From the sequence record OR352941.1: 64,000 nucleotides of DNA, one strand, 5' to 3'. This document shows positions 27,008 to 35,994 of this stretch, piece by piece; the stretch's first letter is position 1; each line of letters starts with the position of its first letter. The notes under the pieces are model-generated. The model did no database searches and was not told the origin of the DNA. It saw only the letters and a program-made list of their open reading frames with translations. This DNA is from Escherichia phage AV111. A program made the position numbers and the translations under genes.

Positions 27008-27293
27008 CTGTGATTTCGGTTACGATATCTTTGTTATCGAAATTAGGGTCACAATACAAAACATAGTTGTACTGCATGATACCGCCAGACTTAAGTTGTT
27101 CAACAACTTTATTAACCATATTAGGACGGTCTCGTTTAGTGATGTTCATGATATCAGAGAAGATTTGTTGTTCAACATCTTCTTGATTTGCAGTCATTGA
27201 CCACTCACAGAGGTCTTTATCATAACCTGCCGTAACTGGAGCCGGTGCACATGATACTGCAAGTAAGATTGCTGCCAATGATAACTTTTTCAT
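27000..27293 (-). CDS. sp: periplasmic spackle-like protein (signal peptide)
   Basis: 97 aa with N-terminal signal peptide; position between 61 and 41; T4 Sp is 97 aa. Confidence 0.55.
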   Translation of the reverse strand: MKKLSLAAILLAVSCAPAPVTAGYDKDLCEWSMTANQEDVEQQIFSDIMNITKRDRPNMVNKVVEQLKSGGIMQYNYVLYCDPNFDNKDIVTEITGE

Positions 27294-27322
27294 TTTAACT
27301 CCTTAGTTGATTTGATAGGACT

Positions 27323-27352
27323 ACTATACCATAGTCCATCTATAATGTAAAC
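27323..27352 (-). promoter_or_regulatory. early promoter (-35 GTTTAC, 18 nt, -10 TATAGT) with AGGACTA/TAGTCC repeat
   Basis: read from sequence. Confidence 0.5.
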
Positions 27353-27356
27353 AAGT

Positions 27357-27605
27357 TTATTCTTTTTCGCGAATAATAATTACTTGTTGAGGCTGCTGAG
27401 CAGATTTCTTTTCGGCGACGATAGACCAAATTAAAGTTCCAATCCAACCAATCATCGTCCAGTTAAAGAGTAAAGATACAAAGAAGATTGCTGTTGTGCT
27501 TTTTGTGCCACGAATAAGTGCGATTACCCAAGGCAACATGTAAATGATGATTGAACCAATACCTGCGATTAAAACTGCTACTGAACTAGCTACGAATAAT
27601 TCCAT
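27357..27605 (-). CDS. small membrane protein (82 aa)
   Basis: two hydrophobic segments. Confidence 0.5.
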   Translation of the reverse strand: MELFVASSVAVLIAGIGSIIIYMLPWVIALIRGTKSTTAIFFVSLLFNWTMIGWIGTLIWSIVAEKKSAQQPQQVIIIREKE

Positions 27606-27666
27606 GTTAATTTCCTCTTGATTTGTTATGTTTATAGTATCTTGTTTTAACTTTGGTGTAAACCAA

Positions 27667-28035
27667 TTAATTAAATTTGTTTAAACGTTCAATACACTGG
27701 ACGTAGTTATTCGCGATTTGTTTCTGGGTAGGCTCTTTACCAGTTGTTTCAACATAGCGAATGAATGCGATTTCAGTAGCCTGTAGACAATGTTCTTTAA
27801 CGCGTTGTTCTTTTGACAATGCTACGGTATCAGAGTCACGATAACGTTGAGCATGGGCATCAGCTTGAATCATTCGATTACCTACAGTAACCGGGTCTTC
27901 CACTTCAACTTTAGGTTGGTCGTACTGTTTAACATTCGGATTGTAAATCAATTGGCCGACGTTATTAGGGATAAAGCCATGGGCACCACATCCGGTTAAT
28001 CCAAATACCATTGCTAAAGCGATTAATTTTTTCAT
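27667..28035 (-). CDS. putative lipoprotein (122 aa)
   Basis: signal peptide with lipobox LTGC. Confidence 0.55.
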   Translation of the reverse strand: MKKLIALAMVFGLTGCGAHGFIPNNVGQLIYNPNVKQYDQPKVEVEDPVTVGNRMIQADAHAQRYRDSDTVALSKEQRVKEHCLQATEIAFIRYVETTGKEPTQKQIANNYVQCIERLNKFN

Positions 28036-28063
28036 TTCAATTTCCTCTGTAGTTGATAGAAAG

Positions 28064-28093
28064 ATAGTAACACAGTATGTGGTGCTTGTAAAC
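28064..28093 (-). promoter_or_regulatory. early promoter (-35 GTTTAC, 18 nt, -10 TACTAT)
   Basis: read from sequence. Confidence 0.5.
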
Positions 28094-28095
28094 AG

Positions 28096-28308
28096 CTATT
28101 TTAAACTTTTTCGAAATTTGCGTTTTTCTTGACGAATCTGTCGTTTAGTCGGACGTACAGCAAATTTAACGAAGTCTACTTTGCCGTGTGGAAACTTTTC
28201 AGATGCTTCGCAGTCCATCATTAGTTCCCATCCTTCCAGAATAAGAGCTTTCCATTGTGTAGTTGATGCAAATTCGTATGTTGATGGTTTAAACACAGTT
28301 GAATACAT
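28096..28308 (-). CDS. small basic protein, RPTKRQ-tail family (70 aa)
   Basis: ATG at 28308 with GAGGA RBS; C-terminal VRPTKRQIRQEKRKFRK. Confidence 0.5.
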   Translation of the reverse strand: MYSTVFKPSTYEFASTTQWKALILEGWELMMDCEASEKFPHGKVDFVKFAVRPTKRQIRQEKRKFRKSLK

Positions 28309-28309
28309 A

Positions 28310-28501
28310 TTATCCTCTGAAATCAGCTTCAAAAACTTTCTCGTCATTAATAAATGCTTTAACTAATGCATTGTTCACTTCAGCAAGTTGTACCGTAACC
28401 CACTCGATTTCTTCGCGATCACCTGATAACATGATATCTTTAGTGAACATCTCACCGCTTTTAAACCAACCGATAAAAGTAACTTTAGTTAATTTGCTCA
28501 T
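28310..28501 (-). CDS. dmd: Dmd-like protein (63 aa)
   Basis: ATG at 28501; position upstream of 41 region; recollection of T4 Dmd is weak. Confidence 0.45.
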   Translation of the reverse strand: MSKLTKVTFIGWFKSGEMFTKDIMLSGDREEIEWVTVQLAEVNNALVKAFINDEKVFEADFRG

Positions 28502-28815
28502 ATTTCCTCGCAAAAGGCCCATTCAGCGTGATAAACTGTAGCACCTTTAGTATTATTCATTTGAACTACGTCTACCGGAGAAATTACTCGATAGAGACGT
28601 GGTTCACCTCCATAAGAGCGTGCTGCTCGTCCTGCATAAATCTTTGCTAAACCGATATCTTCAGTAAAGAATACACGATCCAAGTTTTTCTTACGTCCAG
28701 TTTCAGACAGAACTCCTGTTTCTTCAGGAGGACAAAGCATGTTTTCGATGTTAGCTGAACTACTTGAACCGTGATAAAAAATCTTAAATTCTGCTTTACA
28801 ATCGATGGTTTTCAT
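28498..28815 (-). CDS. hypothetical protein (105 aa)
   Basis: ATG start, GGAG RBS. Confidence 0.5.
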   Translation of the reverse strand: MKTIDCKAEFKIFYHGSSSSANIENMLCPPEETGVLSETGRKKNLDRVFFTEDIGLAKIYAGRAARSYGGEPRLYRVISPVDVVQMNNTKGATVYHAEWAFCEEI

Positions 28816-28841
28816 TTTGTTCTCCAGTAGTTGATAGGTCT

Positions 28842-28870
28842 ATAATAACACAACTACTGGAGAAGTAAAC
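28842..28870 (-). promoter_or_regulatory. early promoter (-35 GTTTAC, 17 nt, -10 TATTAT) inside a 14-bp inverted repeat that pairs the spacer with the RBS
   Basis: TTCTCCAGTAGTTG/CAACTACTGGAGAA perfect repeat spanning 28820..28864. Confidence 0.55.
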
Positions 28871-29245
28871 TTAAAAACGTAATTTAGATATATCCGCGTT
28901 GATTTCGTTTTGGTTTGCGTCGTATGCAATTAAACGAACCGCTTTAGATGGGTCATTCAATGCATAGAAATGATGGAACATTGCTCGAACGATATCACCA
29001 TTTACGAGTTCTACCTGGATAGGAGAACCTTTTTCGAGTTGGAAATGTTCATAAGCTTTGATGGTTCGTAGATAATCAAGTTTTTGATTTCCAGCTCCAA
29101 CTATTTGTACGATACGTTTGCCTGTGTTTTCCATATGAGATACAATAGTTTTAGGAGCAAGAATAACGTAGGTTGCCAGCGGAGAAACTACTTCAACAGT
29201 TGTGTTTTCGGTGATTGCAGTAAAAATTGCTTGAGACATATTCAT
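28871..29245 (-). CDS. hypothetical protein (124 aa)
   Basis: ORF in track, ATG start. Confidence 0.5.
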   Translation of the reverse strand: MNMSQAIFTAITENTTVEVVSPLATYVILAPKTIVSHMENTGKRIVQIVGAGNQKLDYLRTIKAYEHFQLEKGSPIQVELVNGDIVRAMFHHFYALNDPSKAVRLIAYDANQNEINADISKLRF

Positions 29246-29274
29246 AATGTTTTCCTCTTGGTTTGTGTAAGTAC

Positions 29275-29304
29275 ATCATATCATGCCTAGAGGAAGATGT
29301 AAAC
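29275..29304 (-). promoter_or_regulatory. early promoter (-35 GTTTAC, 18 nt, -10 TATGAT) with imperfect spacer/RBS inverted repeat
   Basis: TTCCTCTAGG vs CCAAGAGGAA, 9 of 10 pairs. Confidence 0.5.
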
Positions 29305-29311
29305 CCCGAAA

Positions 29312-29327
29312 GGAGACCGAAGTCTCC
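29312..29327 (-). terminator. hairpin GGAGAC-UUCG-GUCUCC immediately downstream of gene 41
   Basis: perfect 6-bp stem, UUCG loop; short U tail. Confidence 0.5.
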
Positions 29328-29333
29328 TTTTTA

Positions 29334-30776
29334 TTAAAATTTTAACTCATTGGCTAAGCTATCTAGGTCAGCACGTGTTGCTTTGGCTTTACCTACGCGT
29401 TCCGTACGATTCACCTCTGCCTGACGCATCTGAGCACCTGCGTTTTCATTTACTGTGTTAGGTGTGTTCATGCCTTCTTGCTCAATCTCAACCCATTTCT
29501 GATTGCCTTTACGTACACCCATCAGGAATTTATTCCACTTATTCTTATCGCCGTATCGTGATTTGATTTGTTTGATAAGTTGTTGTTCAGCTTGTGCAAG
29601 TTCTTCGGTTTCAATTACAGCCAACATGAAATCTGCCGTTGCTGGTAAACCTGCTGATTCTGCGATATCACTCATGTTCATGTCTGAAGCATCCCATGCT
29701 GCACGTCCTACTTGAGCTGCAGTCCATAGAACTGTTTCAGATTCTACTGCTAATGCACGAAGTTCTTCTGCGATAGCTTTAACTAATGTGTAGCTATTTT
29801 CAGTGTAAACTCTGATACGACAAGACCCACAAATACCTAAGTAATCAACCATGATTACAGACGGCACAAAGTTCTTCTTAAGTTTTAACTCATTAAGCAA
29901 TGCACGAAATGTATTAGCATTAGCTCCACCAGTAGGATACTGTTTAACTACTAAACGTCCTAATGTGGATTTTGAACGCCATTTTTCCATCTTGGCTTTA
30001 TATTCAGCATAAGATACGTTACCATCATCGATATCATCGAGTGATACGTCAAGCATGTTTGCATCTATACGCTTAGCACAAACTTCTTCAGCCATTTCCA
30101 TGGAAATATAAAGAACATTATGACCTGTTTGAAGATAATCTGCAGCAAGTGAACAAAGGCCTAAAGATTTACCGACGTTAACACCAGCCATTAAAACGTT
30201 TAGTGTACCTGTTTCAGCACCACCTTTGGTGATTTTATTCAAAATGTTTAATTTGAACGGGACCTTACGTGCTTTATTTAGATAAGAAAGCCAGCGTGCT
30301 TCGTAGTCTTCCATCCAGTCGTGTCCAACATAACTATCGAACGAAATTGAAAGTGCTTGACGCATAATATCAGGAATAGCTCCTACGTCAGGCATTTTCT
30401 TGTTACGTTGTTCTGGAGGTAGTTCAGCATTAGACTGAATCTCAATGATTTTGGATGTAGCATTATACATCGCTTTTTGCTGGACATATTTCTCAGTTTC
30501 TTTAACCAACCATTCGTGGTCTTCAGGAGTATCAGCCAATTTTTCAATTAGGTCTGAAGTTCCTTTATATTCGGCTTCAGTTAAAGAACTGTTATCTAAA
30601 GCCACCTTTAACGCATTGATAGATGGCATTGCATTATATTCGTTAACGTGGCTCTTTATAATTTTAAAGACATTTTTTGCCGGTCCACGCTCAAAATACT
30701 CAGAATCCATATAAGGCCAGACCTTAGAAAAATAAGCCTGGTCATATACGAGATGAGACAAAATAATTTCTACCAC
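29334..30776 (-). CDS. 41: replicative DNA helicase gp41 (DnaB-like)
   Basis: 480 aa; strong match to T4 gp41 throughout as recalled. Confidence 0.95.
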   Translation of the reverse strand: MVEIILSHLVYDQAYFSKVWPYMDSEYFERGPAKNVFKIIKSHVNEYNAMPSINALKVALDNSSLTEAEYKGTSDLIEKLADTPEDHEWLVKETEKYVQQKAMYNATSKIIEIQSNAELPPEQRNKKMPDVGAIPDIMRQALSISFDSYVGHDWMEDYEARWLSYLNKARKVPFKLNILNKITKGGAETGTLNVLMAGVNVGKSLGLCSLAADYLQTGHNVLYISMEMAEEVCAKRIDANMLDVSLDDIDDGNVSYAEYKAKMEKWRSKSTLGRLVVKQYPTGGANANTFRALLNELKLKKNFVPSVIMVDYLGICGSCRIRVYTENSYTLVKAIAEELRALAVESETVLWTAAQVGRAAWDASDMNMSDIAESAGLPATADFMLAVIETEELAQAEQQLIKQIKSRYGDKNKWNKFLMGVRKGNQKWVEIEQEGMNTPNTVNENAGAQMRQAEVNRTERVGKAKATRADLDSLANELKF

Positions 30777-30785
30777 GATAACTCC

Positions 30786-31127
30786 TTAAAAGAATTTAAA
30801 TTTTTTCTTGGTTCGTTCATTAAAAGCTTGTTGTACTTGCATTGTAACACATTTTTCAACATGTGGTGCAAGTTCTGCTTTTCTGTCCTGGTCAAGAACT
30901 GCAAAGTCCATTACGATTTTACCACCAACCCAGTCTAGTTTTGTAATATAGACTATATGATGGGAACCGTCTTCAAGTGTAATCAGAATCTCTTGAATGA
31001 CATTTTCCATTGCTGAACGGATAATTTTAAGAGATTCATTAAACACTCGTTCTTTGCGAATGTCCTCCCCTTCCGAAGAAGGGGATTCATCAACGATTTC
31101 TAGATTTAAATCATCGAGATTATTCAT
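30786..31127 (-). CDS. 40: gp40-like protein
   Basis: ATG at 31127 overlaps uvsX stop (ATGAATAA); about 113 aa; synteny. Confidence 0.6.
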   Translation of the reverse strand: MNNLDDLNLEIVDESPSSEGEDIRKERVFNESLKIIRSAMENVIQEILITLEDGSHHIVYITKLDWVGGKIVMDFAVLDQDRKAELAPHVEKCVTMQVQQAFNERTKKKFKFF

Positions 31128-32292
31128 CGAAATCTTCCATTTCGTCAAGGTCGTTTTCAATATCTGCTGCAGACGGAGCATCAGAAGTTTTAACCGGAAC
31201 TTTAGTTGTTGCTTTGCAATTAATAAGGTCATTAACAGCGTCATCAACTTCTTTAATAGAAGAGATAGCACCTAGTTTATATTTAGTTTCAATTGCATCT
31301 CGGAAAGGCTTATGTTTAAACAACGGCCCCCAGAATTCTACACAATCAGTAGCTTTAGCACGCCATGATTTCTCTTCACGAATCATTTCGCCTGTTTCTT
31401 CGTCAAGGAATTCGCGAGCATACCAACCGGCTTTAGGCTTAACCACAAAACCGATTTCAGTTGCCATTTCTAGCAAGCCGCTGAATGGGTCGATACCACC
31501 ATCAAAATTAACCGTGATCGGGAAAGTAGATTTCTCTTTAACTGTACGAGATTTTTCTGCTTTCAACGTGAAGTCATAACCGGTCAATTCTGTACCTTCT
31601 TTAACCTGACGTTTAGAGATAAAAAATACCGTGTTGGCAGAATAAAGAATACCTGTACCACCACCCATAATCTCTTTAGGATATAGTCCGCCGATTTCCA
31701 TTGCTGTATGGTTGATTGCAACACATGGAATATCTTTAATAGTCAGATAAGGAGTCACAATGCGGAACAGAGATTTAAGTGCCTTAGCACGAGACATATC
31801 ACCTACAACTTTCTCGTTCAACGCATCTTCGGTTTCTTTCTTAGATGCAGTATTACCGATTGAATCGATAAAGATAATAACTTTATCACCGCGTTCAATC
31901 GCGTCAAGCTGATTAGTCATATCAACTTTAAGTTGTTCGACAGATTGAATCGGAGTATGAACTACACGGTCTAAATCAACACCCATTGAACGAAAATAAG
32001 ATTCTGAAGCACCAAATTCTGAATCATAGAACAAACAAATTGCATCTTTATATTTCTTCATATATGCTGCAACCATGGTCAGTCCAAACAACGTTTTAAA
32101 GTGTTTAGAAGGAGCAGCAAAAATAGTCAAGCCTGATTGCAATCCTGCATTCAGAGCACCACCTAGTGCAATATTCAACATCGGAATACGAGTAGGGACT
32201 TCATCACGATTATTAAACAGCTTAGACTTAGTCAAGTCTGCAGTCATTTTAGAAGTAGAAGCTTTAATCAGACGAGATTTTAAATCAGACAT
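31120..32292 (-). CDS. uvsX: UvsX recombinase (RecA-like)
   Basis: 390 aa; matches T4 UvsX length and N-terminus. Confidence 0.95.
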   Translation of the reverse strand: MSDLKSRLIKASTSKMTADLTKSKLFNNRDEVPTRIPMLNIALGGALNAGLQSGLTIFAAPSKHFKTLFGLTMVAAYMKKYKDAICLFYDSEFGASESYFRSMGVDLDRVVHTPIQSVEQLKVDMTNQLDAIERGDKVIIFIDSIGNTASKKETEDALNEKVVGDMSRAKALKSLFRIVTPYLTIKDIPCVAINHTAMEIGGLYPKEIMGGGTGILYSANTVFFISKRQVKEGTELTGYDFTLKAEKSRTVKEKSTFPITVNFDGGIDPFSGLLEMATEIGFVVKPKAGWYAREFLDEETGEMIREEKSWRAKATDCVEFWGPLFKHKPFRDAIETKYKLGAISSIKEVDDAVNDLINCKATTKVPVKTSDAPSAADIENDLDEMEDFDE

Positions 32293-32345
32293 TGTATTTT
32301 TCCATAGGCATCATTATATTTTACTCATGTTTAAAAGATAAGATG

Positions 32346-32370
32346 ATTATATACTAAGAGTTATACAGCA
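32346..32370 (-). promoter_or_regulatory. middle-type promoter upstream of uvsX (MotA-like box TGCTGTA, 12 nt, -10 TATAAT)
   Basis: read from sequence; box deviates from TGCTT by one base. Confidence 0.45.
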
Positions 32371-32390
32371 TTTAAAACTTTAAATGGCTC

Positions 32391-32939
32391 TTAACGAGCC
32401 CATTTAATGATTTCTGTAATCAAATTATTACGTTCGCTTGCATTAAATCCTATAACTTTGTTAGAACCATCATGATTAAGTAATTGATACGTTTGGATTT
32501 TGTTATGAATTGCAAACTCTTCAAAATGTGAAATGACTGTATTAAAACCGAATGAAGACAAAGTAATAAGGTCGTCTTCAAAACTTTCAGACATTTCGTT
32601 ACGTGTTAAAATAATTGTGAACACATCATGGTTTTGGCAAAGACGAACATAATCCTGTTCATAAACGTCAAGAACCGAGTCCGCATCTTGTCGAATACGT
32701 CCATAAACCCAGTTACTAATATATCCACGGTCTAACAGATAAATCTTAGTAGGGTCTAAATAATTCAACATCGTTTCGAAACAGCCAACTTCATTTCGAG
32801 ACTTAACATCGAAACGTCCATCAACTGTTCGTTTAGGGAAATCAATCTTTACATATCTTTCACTAATTTCCATTATGTCATTAATGAAAGTTGTTTTACC
32901 AGCATTATCTGGGCCATCTACTAAAATAATTTTAGCCAT
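32391..32939 (-). CDS. P-loop kinase-like protein (182 aa)
   Basis: Walker A DGPDNAGKTT at the N-terminus; sits where T4 has beta-gt. Confidence 0.55.
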   Translation of the reverse strand: MAKIILVDGPDNAGKTTFINDIMEISERYVKIDFPKRTVDGRFDVKSRNEVGCFETMLNYLDPTKIYLLDRGYISNWVYGRIRQDADSVLDVYEQDYVRLCQNHDVFTIILTRNEMSESFEDDLITLSSFGFNTVISHFEEFAIHNKIQTYQLLNHDGSNKVIGFNASERNNLITEIIKWAR

Positions 32940-32940
32940 T

Positions 32941-33840
32941 TTATTCCTCGATTACGACATCTTCATATTTAGGTATATTATACGGCGAAGAAATTAAAGC
33001 GTTAAAGTAGATGAACTCACCAAGACCTGGATGGAATACTTCTTCAGGATTTTCGAAATATTGAATCTTCGGACGTCCTTTAAGAATTTGATAGTACTCA
33101 GTTTTAGTTGGATTAAAAATTCGAATCAGCGCTTCTTCAGGATACTTATTTCTGTCGAAACTATTATTTGGATCAGTTATATAAAGCGGTTGACCTAATT
33201 GAATTGCGCATTCAACCACTTGTTCAAAACGATAGCATGGGTCACTAATTCGAAATGGATGAAAAATACCATCTAGATGAATAGGAGCCAAATCACCTAC
33301 AAGACGCTGCATGACGGAAGGACGTATAACTTTCTGCGTTACGATAATCTTATTACCATCTGCACCTGCGTTAACCAGCACTTCTTTTTGACGTTCATTC
33401 AACACAGTAGTTTGAAGTGAACGATTAACAGACAACATGTCGGTTTTTAAGAATTCATCAATATAAAAACGTGGTTTATTAGGGTCTGCAGTGATATTGA
33501 AATTGAATTCTACATCAAAAGCGCCGTCATATCCAGTGATATCTGTGATTAGAAAATCGCAATCATAATAAGCAATTAATGAATCAACTACAAATTCATT
33601 TTCAGACCAGAAATATTTACGAGTGTTATACGCGTTATCTTTATACCATAATGGAACAAACTTAAATTCTGGAAAAAGACGTTCGCATTCTTTAATATCA
33701 GATGCATTACGTGGATATGTAATCACATCACCCGGATTAGCACGGTGCAAATGAAGTTGGAAGTTGCCATCCTTAAGGATAGCATACTGTCCAGTTTCAT
33801 AAGACCGCATACTCAAGATAGGTACGCGGAAAATAGCCAT
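32941..33840 (-). CDS. hypothetical protein (299 aa)
   Basis: ORF in track; part of the cassette between uvsX and gene 43. Confidence 0.5.
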   Translation of the reverse strand: MAIFRVPILSMRSYETGQYAILKDGNFQLHLHRANPGDVITYPRNASDIKECERLFPEFKFVPLWYKDNAYNTRKYFWSENEFVVDSLIAYYDCDFLITDITGYDGAFDVEFNFNITADPNKPRFYIDEFLKTDMLSVNRSLQTTVLNERQKEVLVNAGADGNKIIVTQKVIRPSVMQRLVGDLAPIHLDGIFHPFRISDPCYRFEQVVECAIQLGQPLYITDPNNSFDRNKYPEEALIRIFNPTKTEYYQILKGRPKIQYFENPEEVFHPGLGEFIYFNALISSPYNIPKYEDVVIEE

Positions 33841-34556
33841 TAGTCAAGGAATCCTTTAACATAATCAAAATCACGTTCAAACACATGGGCACTTACCATG
33901 GTATGAGTATAATCACCAACTTCTACACCACATTCGTTAGCGATATAATGAAGTAATTTTCCTTGGAGATAAAAATCCAACTGCATAACAACAGCACAGT
34001 TCTGAGAACGCATATGACAGTGGGTATAAAGCTTACCATCACGAATATAATAAGTCACTGAGTCAGTACATGGATATTCAAGCGTTTCGTCTGAATCAAG
34101 CAAAGCCTGATCAGAACTTTCTAGAATTTGGAACACAACTCTTCGAGAGTTAGGCTTCTCTTTAAGTTCTTTTAGAAGAGCTGGTAATTGAGCCGCAATG
34201 CGAGGACCATAGAAAGTGTTGAAGTTCGCCGGCAAAACATCTGATTTTGGTTTAGAAATAAATTTAGCGACATTAGGATATGCCTTAAACGCTTCTTCTG
34301 CGTTGGTACCACCAGAAATCATAAACTTCCAGAAGTCTTCGGCATATTCATAAGAGATGCGGTTAATACGTGGGTCGGTCATTTTGAATGATGACGGAGT
34401 GTCAACAACTACTGTCATAGACCCAATTTCATTACAACGTCCAATACGAGAATCAGTTACGAATTCCGGGTTTTCTAAAATTTCACGATTGACTGCTTTA
34501 AATGCGGTTTGAAAATCTGCGGCTTTGATATATTTCATTGTGTTATGTTTTCCCAT
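33840..34556 (-). CDS. thymidylate-synthase-family pyrimidine hydroxymethylase, divergent gp42-like
   Basis: motifs NSRR, EYPCT (catalytic Cys), YYIRDGK, HMRSQN align with T4 gp42 DSRR, FMCT, YLIRDKK, MRSND but overall identity is low. Confidence 0.65.
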   Translation of the reverse strand: MGKHNTMKYIKAADFQTAFKAVNREILENPEFVTDSRIGRCNEIGSMTVVVDTPSSFKMTDPRINRISYEYAEDFWKFMISGGTNAEEAFKAYPNVAKFISKPKSDVLPANFNTFYGPRIAAQLPALLKELKEKPNSRRVVFQILESSDQALLDSDETLEYPCTDSVTYYIRDGKLYTHCHMRSQNCAVVMQLDFYLQGKLLHYIANECGVEVGDYTHTMVSAHVFERDFDYVKGFLD

Positions 34557-34597
34557 GTTTACCTCAATACAATTATTATATACTCAATTCGTAAAGC

Positions 34598-34837
34598 TTA
34601 TTTGAATTTCTTGGCAGTGTTGATATAACGTAAAGCTTCAGCATCGATACTTCCAAGAACACTATGAAGAAATGCATCAGCGTAGTATTCCAATTGAACA
34701 GATTCTTTAATCACTTTAGCCGCTTTAGTTTCAAACAGGCCCATCAGGGCCTTTTTAAGAATTTGTTCATTAGTGTTCAGTTTCATAGTCAAAATCTCTT
34801 CATTAAGTTGGTGGTTAAAAGTTTTTCTAGAAATCAT
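34598..34837 (-). CDS. hypothetical protein (79 aa)
   Basis: ORF in track. Confidence 0.4.
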   Translation of the reverse strand: MISRKTFNHQLNEEILTMKLNTNEQILKKALMGLFETKAAKVIKESVQLEYYADAFLHSVLGSIDAEALRYINTAKKFK

Positions 34838-35994
34838 TCCGGGTACCTCAAAGCGTCATCAGAGTTAGTTATATCAATAATAGATATAGAGTTTTCTGCT
34901 AACCCGTTTTTAGATAATTGACGTTTATAATATCTTTCACAATATGTACACGTCGTCCCGCAGATTTCATTAGCACAATCGAAATCTGGATGTCTGAACC
35001 ACCTTTTTTCTAAAAAGCCATCTAACAAAGAGGTTTCAATATTTACTGTATGTGAAAACTCAGTTTCGTTTTCAAGAGTGAAAATAGTCTCTAAAGGCTT
35101 CCACAGTTCTAACAAATTACCTTCAAACTTTTCAGAAGCGTATGCTTCAAGAACTTTCAAAATGTAGTCTGTGCTACCTGTACGTCCTGAAACTTTGAAT
35201 TGAGTGATACCAATATCATTATAAAGTTTCAAATCTTGAGGACGAACAAAACGAGTTCTCAACCAGTTAAATGGGTCTGTATCACGAGCTTTAATACAGT
35301 GCTGCATAGGATATCCGTTTAAGGATTTAGCATCATCAGCTGTAACATCAGTACTATGGAAAATATAGCAAGAGTCACGATAGCTACAATGTGTTGTATA
35401 CCCTTTACCAGCATTAGAACAGAACTCATTTACAAGAACTTCAAATATTATATTGTTCTTATTGCAAAACTCTGCTGCACGCTTCAGGAAAGAAACTGAA
35501 CGGTTCTTATGAATTCCACAGCAGACCTTTTTGATATTATATTGGTCATGCAAGTATTTGATTTGAGTTACAGCATCGACATGTAGAATTGTTGAAACTT
35601 CAATCTCAATGTCTTTATTGACTTCACGAACAATTTCCATAACAACAGGGTTAGCGATAGTAATACGCCATACGCCTATTGACCAAAGATACTGAACATA
35701 ATCCTGAATAGCTTTCTTCTTCCACTCAACTAGTTCTCTTTTTGAACCAGGATTTATCGTGTTGAGTGTATAGTTAAAGCAAATACCTAATTCGTTACAA
35801 CGTTTAACGTAATCTTCTAACATCTTTTTGTCAACGTCAGGAAGCCTAAAATCAGGTCTGGCTGCTACAAAAGCCATTTCTCTTGTAGAGCCGTATACTT
35901 CGTTTATCAAGCTATTAGGATAGGTTTTATTGAGCTCTACGATTTTATCAAGAAGAGCTAAATCAAAATTCGTTCCGATTTTAAAAGTATTCAT
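34834..35994 (-). CDS. Cys-cluster protein (386 aa), possible Fe-S enzyme
   Basis: C-terminal CX4CX3CX2C cluster and an EFCSNAGKGYTTHCS segment reminiscent of the peptidase U32 signature. Confidence 0.5.
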   Translation of the reverse strand: MNTFKIGTNFDLALLDKIVELNKTYPNSLINEVYGSTREMAFVAARPDFRLPDVDKKMLEDYVKRCNELGICFNYTLNTINPGSKRELVEWKKKAIQDYVQYLWSIGVWRITIANPVVMEIVREVNKDIEIEVSTILHVDAVTQIKYLHDQYNIKKVCCGIHKNRSVSFLKRAAEFCNKNNIIFEVLVNEFCSNAGKGYTTHCSYRDSCYIFHSTDVTADDAKSLNGYPMQHCIKARDTDPFNWLRTRFVRPQDLKLYNDIGITQFKVSGRTGSTDYILKVLEAYASEKFEGNLLELWKPLETIFTLENETEFSHTVNIETSLLDGFLEKRWFRHPDFDCANEICGTTCTYCERYYKRQLSKNGLAENSISIIDITNSDDALRYPE

